Assembly: GCA_958402075.1 (NCBI GenBank)
Contig: CATXSD010000002.1
Span: 8,273 to 72,272, forward strand
Direction of reading: 5' to 3'
DNA length: 64,000 bases
Source of the DNA: Mediterranea massiliensis
GTDB taxonomy: Bacteria > Bacteroidota > Bacteroidia > Bacteroidales > Bacteroidaceae
The translations under genes were made by a program, and so were the position numbers. Positions 29,574 through 39,082 of the stretch are shown here, in pieces. Numbering within the stretch: the first letter of the stretch is position 1; every line of letters starts with the position of its first letter. The notes beneath the pieces were generated by a model. That model did no database searches and had not been told where the DNA came from. It was given only the letters and a program-made list of their open reading frames with translations.

Positions 29574-29888
29574 ATGATGACAAAATTTGAAATAGAAGAA
29601 AAGATCGTAGCGATGCTCAAGACCGTGTACGACCCCGAAATACCCGTCAACGTGTACGACCTGGGCCTGATTTACAAGATAGACGTGACGGACGACTTCA
29701 ACGTCAGCATCGACATGACGCTGACGGCGCCCAACTGCCCGGCGGCCGACTTCATCATGGAGGACATCCGCCAAAAGATAGAAAGCATCGACGGCGTGGC
29801 CTCGGCCACCATCAACCTGGTCTTCGAACCCGAATGGGACAAGGACATGATGAGCGAGGAAGCCAAACTGGAACTGGGATTCTTATAA
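29574..29888 (+). CDS. Metal-sulfur cluster assembly factor (DUF59/SufT-like)
   Basis: LKTVYDPEIPVNVYDLGLIY, MTLTAPNCP, VFEPEW; start trimmed to the ATG downstream of the promoter. Confidence 0.93.
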   Translation: MMTKFEIEEKIVAMLKTVYDPEIPVNVYDLGLIYKIDVTDDFNVSIDMTLTAPNCPAADFIMEDIRQKIESIDGVASATINLVFEPEWDKDMMSEEAKLELGFL

Positions 29889-29903
29889 CCAAAACGACAT
29901 ACC

Positions 29904-31049
29904 ATGAACAAGAAACAATTCAGCCTGCTGGCCTGTACGGCCCTGCTCTGCGCCTGCCAGCCCGCACAAAAGCAAACAACCATTACCGGCACACTGACCG
30001 GCATGGAGAGCGACACCCTGATTGTGAACTATTTTGCCGTATCGGATCTGAGCCGCAGCACGATACACCGCGACACCATCGCCTTGCAGAACGGAAGCTT
30101 CACCTGCCAGCTGGAGAACGACAGCGTGCCGATGGAGGCCTTCTTCTACGCCCAACCCCGTAACGGAGCCGCCGCAGCATCACTCCGCAAAACCATCACA
30201 GTTGTAACCTTCCCCGGCGAAACGGTGGAAGTAAGCGGTTCGATGGACGACTACCACATGAAAGGCAATGCCTTCCACCAGGCTTACGAAGAAGTGCGTG
30301 CCCTCTGCAAGCCTTATGAGGACAAGATGCACGGGATAACGCAAGTCATCATGGGCATGCAAAGTGATGGCACACTGACACCCGAACGCCTCGACTCCCT
30401 GCGTCAAATCTATGAGCCGATCAATGCCGACATGAAAAAGGTAAAGGAAGACTACATCCGCCAGCATCCTGACGAAGACATCTCCGTTTATCTGATATCC
30501 GACTTGGGCAAGGAAGCGGGCGACCTGCTCGACCTCATCGGCGAGAAGGCACAGAACGGTCCGATGGCTCCCCTCTACAAGGCCATGAAAGAAGCCATCG
30601 AGCGGCAGAAAGCCCGCGAAGAAGCACGCAAGAATATGGTAGAAGGAGCCGTGGCCCCCGACTTCACACTAAAGGACCTCCAGGGCAAAGACCTCACCCT
30701 GTCGTCCCTGCGCGGCAAGTATGTCGTGCTGGACTTCTGGGGAAGCTGGTGCGGCTGGTGCATCAAAGGCATCCCCGACATGAAGAAATACTACGAAAAG
30801 TATAAGGACCGCATGGAAATACTGGGCGTGGACTGTCGCGACACGGAAGAGAAATGGAAAGCCGCAGTAGAGAAATACGAACTGCCTTGGCTCCACGTAC
30901 GCAATACGGACGAGACAGACATCACGGTAAAGTATGGCATACAAGGCTATCCCACCAAGATTGTCATCGATCCCGAAGGCAAGGTGGCGAAGATTGTGAT
31001 AGGCGAAGACCCCGCCTTCTATAAATATCTGGACGAACTGTTCAAATAA
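29904..31049 (+). CDS. TlpA-family thiol-disulfide oxidoreductase lipoprotein
   Basis: Lipobox LCAC; APDFTL, VLDFWGSWCGWC, GYPT cis-Pro loop. Confidence 0.92.
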   Translation: MNKKQFSLLACTALLCACQPAQKQTTITGTLTGMESDTLIVNYFAVSDLSRSTIHRDTIALQNGSFTCQLENDSVPMEAFFYAQPRNGAAAASLRKTITVVTFPGETVEVSGSMDDYHMKGNAFHQAYEEVRALCKPYEDKMHGITQVIMGMQSDGTLTPERLDSLRQIYEPINADMKKVKEDYIRQHPDEDISVYLISDLGKEAGDLLDLIGEKAQNGPMAPLYKAMKEAIERQKAREEARKNMVEGAVAPDFTLKDLQGKDLTLSSLRGKYVVLDFWGSWCGWCIKGIPDMKKYYEKYKDRMEILGVDCRDTEEKWKAAVEKYELPWLHVRNTDETDITVKYGIQGYPTKIVIDPEGKVAKIVIGEDPAFYKYLDELFK

Positions 31050-31069
31050 AAACCTAACGAATACGCCTT

Positions 31070-31834
31070 ATGAAGAATGTATATTTCCTCTCTGACGCCC
31101 ATCTGGGTTCGCGTGCCATCGAGCACGGACGTACGCAAGAACGCCGTCTGGTGAACTTTCTGGACAGCATCAAGCACAAGACCTCGGCCGTCTACCTGCT
31201 GGGCGACATGTTCGACTTCTGGTACGAATTCAAGCTGGTGGTGCCCAAAGGCTACACGCGCTTTCTGGGCAAGCTGTCCGAACTGACAGACCTCGGAGTG
31301 GAAGTACATTTCTTTACGGGCAATCATGACATCTGGTGTGGCGACTACCTGACGAAGGAATGCGGCGTCATCCTGCACCGCGAACCGCTGACCACAGAAA
31401 TCCATGGCAAAGAGTTCTATCTGGCCCATGGTGACGGACTGGGCGACCCCGACCGCAAGTTCAAGTTCCTTCGTGCCGTCTTCCACAGTCACACGTTGCA
31501 AACCCTGTTCTCCGCGCTTCATCCCCGCTGGAGTGTGGAACTGGGACTGACATGGGCCAAACACAGCCGCCTGAAGCGGATTGACGGCAAGGAACCGGAT
31601 TATATGGGAGAAAACGAGGAACCATTGGTGCTCTACACCAAAGATTACCTCAAAAGCCACCCGGACATCAACTTCTTCATCTATGGCCACCGCCACATCG
31701 AGCTGGACTTGATGCTGAACGCCAACTCACGCATCATCATCCTGGGTGACTGGATCAATTGCTTCTCCTATGCCGTATTCGACGGCGAACATCTCTTTCT
31801 GGAAAACTACATTGAGGGAGAAACACAATTATAA
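31070..31834 (+). CDS. lpxH: UDP-2,3-diacylglucosamine diphosphatase
   Basis: Metallophosphoesterase motifs SDAHLG, GDMFDFW, GNHD, HGDG, GHRH, LGDW. Confidence 0.9.
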   Translation: MKNVYFLSDAHLGSRAIEHGRTQERRLVNFLDSIKHKTSAVYLLGDMFDFWYEFKLVVPKGYTRFLGKLSELTDLGVEVHFFTGNHDIWCGDYLTKECGVILHREPLTTEIHGKEFYLAHGDGLGDPDRKFKFLRAVFHSHTLQTLFSALHPRWSVELGLTWAKHSRLKRIDGKEPDYMGENEEPLVLYTKDYLKSHPDINFFIYGHRHIELDLMLNANSRIIILGDWINCFSYAVFDGEHLFLENYIEGETQL

Positions 31835-31836
31835 AA

Positions 31837-31910
31837 TATTAGGCATAAGTTGTGAAACTCGTTCTTCACACCTTATGCCTAATACTTAATACCTAATCTT
31901 AATACCTAAA
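31837..31910. terminator. Hairpin between convergent lpxH and alkaline phosphatase, with adjoining heptamer repeats
   Basis: tattaggcataag 31837-31849 / cttatgcctaata 31872-31884 plus tgtgaa/ttcaca; followed by C(C/T)TAATA repeats to 31910. Confidence 0.7.
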
Positions 31911-33305
31911 TCAATATCTTCCCGCCTTGGCAATGCGCTTCGGAATGTCCGTATTGTCCATCTTCCCCATAAACAAGTCAGAACCTGCACCAACGGCATA
32001 GACAGGAACATATTCAGCCGTATGGCTGCTGCTGGTCCATCCGATATGGGCAATCTGACTCATCACATCATTGGCTGCTACGGCCAGCGGCTCCGTCTTG
32101 GCATAGAGCGTTTCCTTGAAAGCCACCTTGTTCTTTACAAAAGACGTTTCATACACATCACGCAACGAACGTTCCTGTTCCCATGTCAAAGGCAGCTTGC
32201 TCCAGAAGCCCATTGTCTCAGACAGAAGTTCCTTCACTTGCTCCCAAGACGCGTGTTCGTTGCGGCGCAAGTCTGTGATGCGACGAGACAGAGCCTCAAC
32301 AGACTGCTTCTGGCAATCGAGCGCCTTCAGGCTCAGCGTATATGTTCCGGTACCCATACCCAAACCGCCTGTTTCGTGGTCGGCAGAAACTACAATCAGT
32401 GTTTCCTTCGGATGCTTCTTGTAGAATTCGTAAGCTACACGGATGGCATTATCCATGTCAATAACCTCTTTAACGACCGTACCCGGATCATTGCTATGGC
32501 AGGCCCAGTCAATCTTTCCTCCCTCAAGCATCAGGAAAAATCCCTTTTTGTTGTCTTTCGTCAGGAAGTCAATGGCACTTTCCGTAATTTGTGCCAGCGT
32601 CAAGTCACCCTCCTTGCGGTCGATGGCATAGGGCAAACAACTGGCGGAAGCACCTTCAGCCTGCAGCAGCACCATCTTATCGGCGGCAGCGGCCTTTTCT
32701 TTATATTCCTTCAGACCACGGGCAATGGTATAACCCGCTTCCTCCATAATGGGGTAAATAGAAGGAGCCTCTTTCTTGTCAAACGTTGTGGACGGCTTCA
32801 AGAAACCGGCACCTGCAAAAAAGTCGAAACCGCTCTTGGGAAGTTCCAAAGCAATCTCATAATACATACTACGATTAGGCTGATGGGCATAGAAGGCTGC
32901 CGGCGTAGCATGATCCACACTGACGGTAGTAGCAATACCAACCTTCTTGCCGCTCTTCTTAGCCAGATAGGCTACGCTCTCCAAAGCTTCCTTGTTGACA
33001 TCCACGCCAATGGCACCATTGTAGGTTTTCGATCCTGTGGCCAAAGCCGTTCCGCCAGCCGAAGAGTCGGTTACCGAATTGCTGGCCGAATAGGACGTGG
33101 CGATACCTGCAGCCGGAAAAGATCCGAACAACAGTTTCTGCGTACCGATGCGGCCATCCTCCATTTCGGCACGAAACATTTCCGTAGTATTCACTTGGTT
33201 GACTCCCATACCGTCGCCGATAAAGAAGAAAACGTACTTGGCCTGCTGGGCACAGGTCATCCCTGCCATCAGGACAAAAAGTAACAAATAAGTCAGTCTT
33301 TTCAT
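31911..33305 (-). CDS. Alkaline phosphatase (PhoA-like), secreted
   Basis: IGDGMG, VTDSSA (catalytic Ser), HATPA, EGGKIDWACH, SADHETGG; start trimmed to MKRLTY; TATATTTG at 33358-33351. Confidence 0.95.
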   Translation of the reverse strand: MKRLTYLLLFVLMAGMTCAQQAKYVFFFIGDGMGVNQVNTTEMFRAEMEDGRIGTQKLLFGSFPAAGIATSYSASNSVTDSSAGGTALATGSKTYNGAIGVDVNKEALESVAYLAKKSGKKVGIATTVSVDHATPAAFYAHQPNRSMYYEIALELPKSGFDFFAGAGFLKPSTTFDKKEAPSIYPIMEEAGYTIARGLKEYKEKAAAADKMVLLQAEGASASCLPYAIDRKEGDLTLAQITESAIDFLTKDNKKGFFLMLEGGKIDWACHSNDPGTVVKEVIDMDNAIRVAYEFYKKHPKETLIVVSADHETGGLGMGTGTYTLSLKALDCQKQSVEALSRRITDLRRNEHASWEQVKELLSETMGFWSKLPLTWEQERSLRDVYETSFVKNKVAFKETLYAKTEPLAVAANDVMSQIAHIGWTSSSHTAEYVPVYAVGAGSDLFMGKMDNTDIPKRIAKAGRY

Positions 33306-33394
33306 AATAAATCCTCTATTTAATGAATATTCATGGCTTTTATATTGGGGCAAATATAGCGAAAAGCCTTCAAGGAGACATTAAGATTGCGTTA

Positions 33395-33431
33395 AAAAAA
33401 GCCCTGAAACGCATTGCGTTCAGGGCTTTTT
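33395..33431 (-). terminator. Intrinsic terminator downstream of ackA
   Basis: aaaaaagccctgaa...ttcagggcttttt hairpin with A/T tracts on both sides. Confidence 0.85.
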
Positions 33432-33451
33432 CATATTTTTCAAGCTGACAA

Positions 33452-34654
33452 TCAGGCTTTCTTATTCAGGATAGCCATCGTATCAGAAGCAATCATCAGT
33501 TCCTCATCAGTGGGAATAACAACTACCTTTACCTTTGAATCATCGGTAGAGATAATAGCTTCTTCGCCACGAACCTTGTTCTTTTCGGCATCCAGCTTAA
33601 CGCCCATGAATTCCAAACCGGAACAAGCACCCCAACGGGCAGATGCCTGGTTCTCACCTACACCGCCAGTGAAGACAATCACATCCACACCACCCAAGGC
33701 GGCAGCGTATGCACCGATATATTTCTTGATGCGATAGAAGTACATATTCTCAGCCAGAACAGCTTTCGGATCACCGGCAGCCACAGCATTCTCCAAGTCG
33801 CGCATGTCGCTCGACTTGCCGAAAATACCCATTACACCACTCTTCTTGTTAAGCAGATTGGATACACCGGCAGCGTCCAAGTGTTCCTTCTCCATGATGA
33901 AGGTCACGGCACCACCGTCAATGTCACCACTGCGAGTACCCATCATCAGACCTTCGAGCGGAGTAAGCCCCATACTGGTATCTACACACTTGCCATCCTT
34001 GATAGCCGAAATGGAACCTCCGTTACCGATGTGGCAGGTAATGATTTTCGTACCTTCGGGCTGGATACCCAGAAACTCGCATACACGTTTCGAAACATAA
34101 CGGTGGGAAGTTCCATGGAAGCCATAGCGACGTACACCATATTTCTCGTACAATTCGTAGGGAACGGCATACATATAGGCATAGTCGGGCATCGTCTGAT
34201 GGAAAGCCGTATCAAAGACTCCAATCTGAGGAACATTCGGCAGAATAGCCTCAATGGCACGAACACCCTTCAGGTTGGCCGGATTGTGGAGCGGAGCCAG
34301 GTCGTTGCACGCCGTAAAGGCATCGAGCACTTCCTTGGTCAGCAAGACCGATTCACTGAACTTCTCGCCACCATGGACCATACGATGACCTACGGCATTG
34401 ATTTCGTCCAGCGACTTGATGGCACCATATTCAGGCGAGACAAGCGTGTTCAAGATAAATTCCACACCCACTGTATGCTCGGGAATATTCTTTTCCAGAA
34501 TCTTCTTCTCACCGTTCGGCAACGTCAGCTTCAGAAAAGAATCGGGCAAACCAATCTTCTCGATGCCACCTTGGGCAATGACTGCCTTGTGGTCCATGTC
34601 GAACAACTTATACTTGATAGACGAGCTACCACAGTTCAATACTAAGACTTTCAT
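33452..34654 (-). CDS. ackA: Acetate kinase
   Basis: VLNCGSSSIK, GHRMVHGG, LAPLHNP, FDTAFHQT, YGFHGTSH, GTRSGD, FTGGVGEN, TDEE. Confidence 0.98.
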   Translation of the reverse strand: MKVLVLNCGSSSIKYKLFDMDHKAVIAQGGIEKIGLPDSFLKLTLPNGEKKILEKNIPEHTVGVEFILNTLVSPEYGAIKSLDEINAVGHRMVHGGEKFSESVLLTKEVLDAFTACNDLAPLHNPANLKGVRAIEAILPNVPQIGVFDTAFHQTMPDYAYMYAVPYELYEKYGVRRYGFHGTSHRYVSKRVCEFLGIQPEGTKIITCHIGNGGSISAIKDGKCVDTSMGLTPLEGLMMGTRSGDIDGGAVTFIMEKEHLDAAGVSNLLNKKSGVMGIFGKSSDMRDLENAVAAGDPKAVLAENMYFYRIKKYIGAYAAALGGVDVIVFTGGVGENQASARWGACSGLEFMGVKLDAEKNKVRGEEAIISTDDSKVKVVVIPTDEELMIASDTMAILNKKA

Positions 34655-34680
34655 AATCTTACTCTATTATTTAAGGTTAA

Positions 34681-35703
34681 TCATTTATTGGCATTGGCTT
34701 TCGCGGCGATAGCCTGATTAGCCGTAATGGCAATCATGCGATAAACGTCTTCAATGGAGCAACCGCGCGAAAGGTCGTTTACCGGACGGGCAATACCTTG
34801 CAAAATCGGACCTACAGCATCGGCATGCCCCAGACGTTGAACCAGCTTGTAAGAAATGTTACCGACTTCCAGACTGGGCACAATCAAGACATTGGCATGT
34901 CCAGCTATCGAAGATCCCGGAGCCTTGCTGGCACCCACCTCAGGAACCAGAGCTGCATCGGCCTGCAATTCACCGTCAATTGCAATATCGGGAGCCATTT
35001 CCTTAGCCAACTTCAAGGCTTCAACCACCTTGTCCACGACTTCATGCTTGGCAGATCCCTTGGTAGAGAAGCTTAACATAGCCACCTTCGGATCAAGACC
35101 AGCCACTGCATGAGCGGTACGAGCCGTACATACGGCAATCTGCGCCAACTGAGAAGCATCAGGTACCGGAGTTACAGCAACGTCTCCCATCACCAGAATA
35201 CCATTCTTTCCGTATTCAGGAGCATGAGTCAGCAACAGCATAGCACCTGAAACGCAAGTGATGCCCGGAGCCGTCTTGATAATCTGCAAGGCCGGACGCA
35301 AAACATCACCAGTCGTATTGCGAGCGCCAGCCAATTGGCCGTCAGCATCACCACTCTTGATAATCAAGCAACCCAGATACAACGGATTCAGCACCAGCTT
35401 ACGAGCTTCTTCAATCGTCATGCCTTTTTTCTTGCGCAATTCATACAAGAGCTGTGCATATTCCTCCTGCTTCGGATGATTGGCAGGATCAATGATGGTA
35501 GCCTTGCTGATATTACCCAATCCCCATTCTTTGGCACAAGCATGAATTTCATCGGGATTACCCAGGAGAATTAAATCGGCAATTCCGTCAGTCAGGATCT
35601 GATTGGCAGCTTTCAAGGTACGTTCCTCCGTACCTTCAGGAAGAACGATGCGTTGGCGGTCGGCCTTGGCACGTTCGAGAATTTCATTAATTAATCTTTG
35701 CAT
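34681..35703 (-). CDS. pta: Phosphate acetyltransferase
   Basis: RIVLPEG, MLSFSTKGSA, DGELQADAA, GNISYK, GPILQG..PVNDLSRGC; upstream of ackA. Confidence 0.97.
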   Translation of the reverse strand: MQRLINEILERAKADRQRIVLPEGTEERTLKAANQILTDGIADLILLGNPDEIHACAKEWGLGNISKATIIDPANHPKQEEYAQLLYELRKKKGMTIEEARKLVLNPLYLGCLIIKSGDADGQLAGARNTTGDVLRPALQIIKTAPGITCVSGAMLLLTHAPEYGKNGILVMGDVAVTPVPDASQLAQIAVCTARTAHAVAGLDPKVAMLSFSTKGSAKHEVVDKVVEALKLAKEMAPDIAIDGELQADAALVPEVGASKAPGSSIAGHANVLIVPSLEVGNISYKLVQRLGHADAVGPILQGIARPVNDLSRGCSIEDVYRMIAITANQAIAAKANANK

Positions 35704-35982
35704 GATATATAAGATTGTGTTCAAATACTTGACAATACGTGTTTATCACGCTGCAAAAATACACAATTTTGCAACTTCAACATTGCAAATCCGCGGATTT
35801 TTGAGGAGCGAATGACAAATATTATAATATTTAACACTCTCTTTTCATTAAAAAAACGAACGTCCTACCATAACTCACAAATACAACAAAAACTCCTTGA
35901 AAACGCTACACCTTATAAACATTATAACTACCTTTGCACCCGTTTTCAAAAAGGTATTTTAGGATATTTAGTTTTTAGGATT

Positions 35983-36321
35983 ATGATTCGTCAATGCGCC
36001 ATCCTTTTCGGATGTCTGGCTTTGGGTGAACTGATTGTCTGGCTGACAGGCATCAAACTGCCTTCAAGTATCATCGGCATGCTATTGCTCACCCTGTTTC
36101 TGAAATTGGGTTGGATCAAACTGCACTGGGTGCAAGGGATGTCCGACTTCCTGGTTGCCAACCTCGGCTTTTTCTTCGTGCCGCCCGGCGTGGCACTGAT
36201 GCTGTACTTCGACGTTATAGCGGCAGAATTCTGGCCCATCGTCACTGCTTCGCTTATCAGTACTTTATTGGTTATTGTAGTTACCGGATGGGTTCACCAA
36301 TTAACACGTAAGATCAAATGA
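35983..36321 (+). CDS. lrgA: CidA/LrgA family membrane protein
   Basis: LPSSIIGMLLL, FFFVPPGV; ATGA overlap with LrgB; TACCTTTG at 35929-35936. Confidence 0.92.
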   Translation: MIRQCAILFGCLALGELIVWLTGIKLPSSIIGMLLLTLFLKLGWIKLHWVQGMSDFLVANLGFFFVPPGVALMLYFDVIAAEFWPIVTASLISTLLVIVVTGWVHQLTRKIK

Positions 36322-37013
36322 ACTTCTTAGAAAACGAATTCTTCCTGCTGGCCATCACTTTCGGCATATTCTTCCTGGCCAAGCTCCTGCAGAAAAAGAC
36401 GGGTATCATGTTGCTCAACCCCATTCTGCTTACCATTGCTCTGCTCATTGTGTTTCTGAAAATGACTGGAGTGAGCTATGAAACTTATAATGAAGGCGGA
36501 CACCTCATCGAATTTTGGCTGAAACCGGCAGTAGTCGCCTTGGGCGTGCCCTTGTACCTCCAACTGGAAACCATCAAAAAACAATTGCTCCCCATTCTGT
36601 TGTCCCAACTGGCCGGCTGTATCGTCGGAGTCGCATCTGTCGTACTGATAGCCAAATGGATGGGAGCTCCCGATGAAATCATTTATTCACTGGCACCCAA
36701 ATCGGTTACCACTCCCATAGCCATGGAAGTAACCAAATCACTGGGCGGCATTCCCTCATTGACAGCGGCCGTCGTCGTATGCGTAGGTCTGCTGGGAGGT
36801 ATCTTGGGATTCAAGACCATGCGACTGACCCACATCGGAAGCCCGATGGCCCAAGGATTGTCACTAGGTACTGCCGCCCATGCCGTAGGAACCTCGACAG
36901 CGATGGACGTCAGCCGGAAATATGGTGCTTTTGCCAGCTTGGGACTGACATTGAACGGTATATTTACAGCACTGTTTACTCCTACCATCCTAAGACTATT
37001 AGGATTACTTTAA
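36318..37013 (+). CDS. lrgB: LrgB family membrane protein
   Basis: PAVVALGVPLY, PKSVTTPIA, GTAAHAVGT. Confidence 0.95.
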   Translation: MNFLENEFFLLAITFGIFFLAKLLQKKTGIMLLNPILLTIALLIVFLKMTGVSYETYNEGGHLIEFWLKPAVVALGVPLYLQLETIKKQLLPILLSQLAGCIVGVASVVLIAKWMGAPDEIIYSLAPKSVTTPIAMEVTKSLGGIPSLTAAVVVCVGLLGGILGFKTMRLTHIGSPMAQGLSLGTAAHAVGTSTAMDVSRKYGAFASLGLTLNGIFTALFTPTILRLLGLL

Positions 37014-37037
37014 AATAGGTTCGAACAAAAGTCATTT

Positions 37038-37090
37038 GGCATAGACAAATTGAAAGCCACATTTTTCATTTGTCTATGCCTTATCTTTTT
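37038..37090 (+). terminator. Intrinsic terminator after lrgB
   Basis: ggcatagacaaat 37038-37050 / atttgtctatgcc 37068-37080 then ttatcttttt. Confidence 0.75.
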
Positions 37091-37099
37091 GTATCTTTG
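37069..37099 (+). promoter_or_regulatory. Sigma-A promoter for DUF2156-GNAT, overlapping the terminator arm
   Basis: TTTG 37069-37072, 19-nt spacer, TATCTTTG 37092-37099. Confidence 0.7.
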
Positions 37100-37125
37100 C
37101 CCACTCGATTAGGAAATACGATGAT

Positions 37126-38043
37126 ATGATAGCATTCAAAGACATTGAGCTGAAAGACAAGGCGCTGATTACCTCCTTTACCTTGCACAGCAAGAGGCGT
37201 AATTGTGACCTGTCGTTTTCCAACCTATGCAGTTGGCGCTTTCTGTACAATACTCAATTCGCCGTATTGGACGGTTACCTGCTTCTGAAGTTCTGCGCCG
37301 AAGGCGAACTGGTTTATATGATGCCTATTGGAGAAGGCAACCTGAACAAAGTCTTGGAAGCGATGATACAGGACGCTCATGATGAACATGCCCCCTTCTG
37401 CTTGTTGGGCATCTGCACGGACATGTGTGCAGAACTGGAAGCATTCATGCCCGGCAGATTTCAGTTTACGGCCGACCGCGACTACGCCGACTACCTGTAT
37501 CTGCGAACCGACCTGGCAACCTTGGCCGGCAAAAAACTGCAGCCCAAACGTAACCATGTCAACAAGTTCAAACGTACCTATCCCAATTACGAATACACAC
37601 CCATCACGCCCGACCGCATTCAAGAATGCCTTGAACTGGAAGCCGAATGGTGTAAAGCCAACCATTGCGACCAGCACGAAGGAACGGGCAACGAACGGCG
37701 GGCATTGGTCTATGCATTGCACCACTTCGATGAATTAGGGCTGACAGGAGGTATACTCCACGTGGACGGACGTATCGCCGCCTTTACCTTCGGCATGCCT
37801 ATTAATCAAGACACCTTTGGTGTACATGTAGAAAAGGCAGACACGCGCATTGAAGGAGCATACGCAATGATCAACTATGAATTTGCCAACCACATTCCTG
37901 AACAATATGTCTATATCAATCGGGAAGAAGACTTGGGCATCGAAGGATTGCGTAAAGCAAAGCTATCCTACCAACCTGCCATTATTTTGGAAAAATATGT
38001 TGCCTGCCTACGCGATGAGCCCGTAGAGCCTATCAAATGGTAG
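37126..38043 (+). CDS. DUF2156 / phosphatidylglycerol lysyltransferase C-terminal-like domain protein
   Basis: CDLSFSN..W, DYLY...L..L.GKK...KRNHVNKF, VHVEKA, INREEDLGIEGLRKAKLSYQP. Confidence 0.88.
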   Translation: MIAFKDIELKDKALITSFTLHSKRRNCDLSFSNLCSWRFLYNTQFAVLDGYLLLKFCAEGELVYMMPIGEGNLNKVLEAMIQDAHDEHAPFCLLGICTDMCAELEAFMPGRFQFTADRDYADYLYLRTDLATLAGKKLQPKRNHVNKFKRTYPNYEYTPITPDRIQECLELEAEWCKANHCDQHEGTGNERRALVYALHHFDELGLTGGILHVDGRIAAFTFGMPINQDTFGVHVEKADTRIEGAYAMINYEFANHIPEQYVYINREEDLGIEGLRKAKLSYQPAIILEKYVACLRDEPVEPIKW

Positions 38044-38058
38044 CAATTCGCATGCGTT

Positions 38059-39081
38059 ATGAAAGAAAAAGTCAGAAAACTTTGGGAACTCTGCTTCCAT
38101 GACAGCCCTGCCTTTACCGACTTGTATTTCCAAATGAGATACAACAACGAAGTCAACATTGCCATCCAAAGCGGAGATATGGTCATTGCAGCCTTGCAAA
38201 TGCTGCCCTACCCCATGACCTATTGTGGAAAAACGATAGCCACCTCTTATGTTTCAGGGGCCTGTACCCATCCGGACTTCCGAAACAAAGGGGTGATGCG
38301 CGAGCTGTTGGCCGAGTCCTTTGGCAAAATGCATCAGAAAGGCATCTTGCTGTCCACTCTCATTCCGGCCGAACCATGGCTGTTCGACTATTATGCCCAA
38401 AGCGGATATACGACAGCCTTCCATTACCAGACAACAATCTTTCACCAAACAGCAGACTGCAAGCTACCATCGGAGTATACAATGACAATAACTAATGAGC
38501 TGACGGCCGCTGCTTATGACTACTTTGAACAAAGCATGCACCAACGTCCCTGCTGTATTCAACATACTGCGGCCGATCTCAAAGTCATCCTGGCCGATCT
38601 GCAACTAAGCGGTGGTCACATCTATACCCTTTATCATACCCTCCAGCAGGGACCCATTGCCCTGGCCTTCGCTTATCCAGCTAAAGAAGGAGAATGGTGG
38701 ATCGGCGAACTATTGGCCAATTCGGAGCAAGAGGCCCAAAATCTGCTGCAACGTATCTGCCAGACGACTCAGCAAGACACTCTCCGTCTGCTCCATCCCG
38801 TCCAGGAAAAAGAAAAGAGTGAAAGATTGGGTATGGCTCGCATCATTGATGCCCATGCCATGCTCCAGCTCTACGCAGCCGCTCATCCTGAAACAGAATG
38901 GAATCTGGCTTTGACCGACGAACAGCTGCAAGCCAACACGGGTTACTACTATCTGAACAACGGGCATTGCATGAAAAGTGCCAAACGGCTGCCTGTCAGC
39001 CATCTGGCACTTACTATCGGAGAGCTCACCGCAAAGATACTGGTTCCCCACCTCCCCTACATGAGCCTGATGCTCAACTGA
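38059..39081 (+). CDS. GNAT family N-acetyltransferase (Eis-like)
   Basis: YVSGACTHPDFRNKGVM, LIPA..WLFDYY..SGY. Confidence 0.88.
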   Translation: MKEKVRKLWELCFHDSPAFTDLYFQMRYNNEVNIAIQSGDMVIAALQMLPYPMTYCGKTIATSYVSGACTHPDFRNKGVMRELLAESFGKMHQKGILLSTLIPAEPWLFDYYAQSGYTTAFHYQTTIFHQTADCKLPSEYTMTITNELTAAAYDYFEQSMHQRPCCIQHTAADLKVILADLQLSGGHIYTLYHTLQQGPIALAFAYPAKEGEWWIGELLANSEQEAQNLLQRICQTTQQDTLRLLHPVQEKEKSERLGMARIIDAHAMLQLYAAAHPETEWNLALTDEQLQANTGYYYLNNGHCMKSAKRLPVSHLALTIGELTAKILVPHLPYMSLMLN

Positions 39082-39082
39082 A

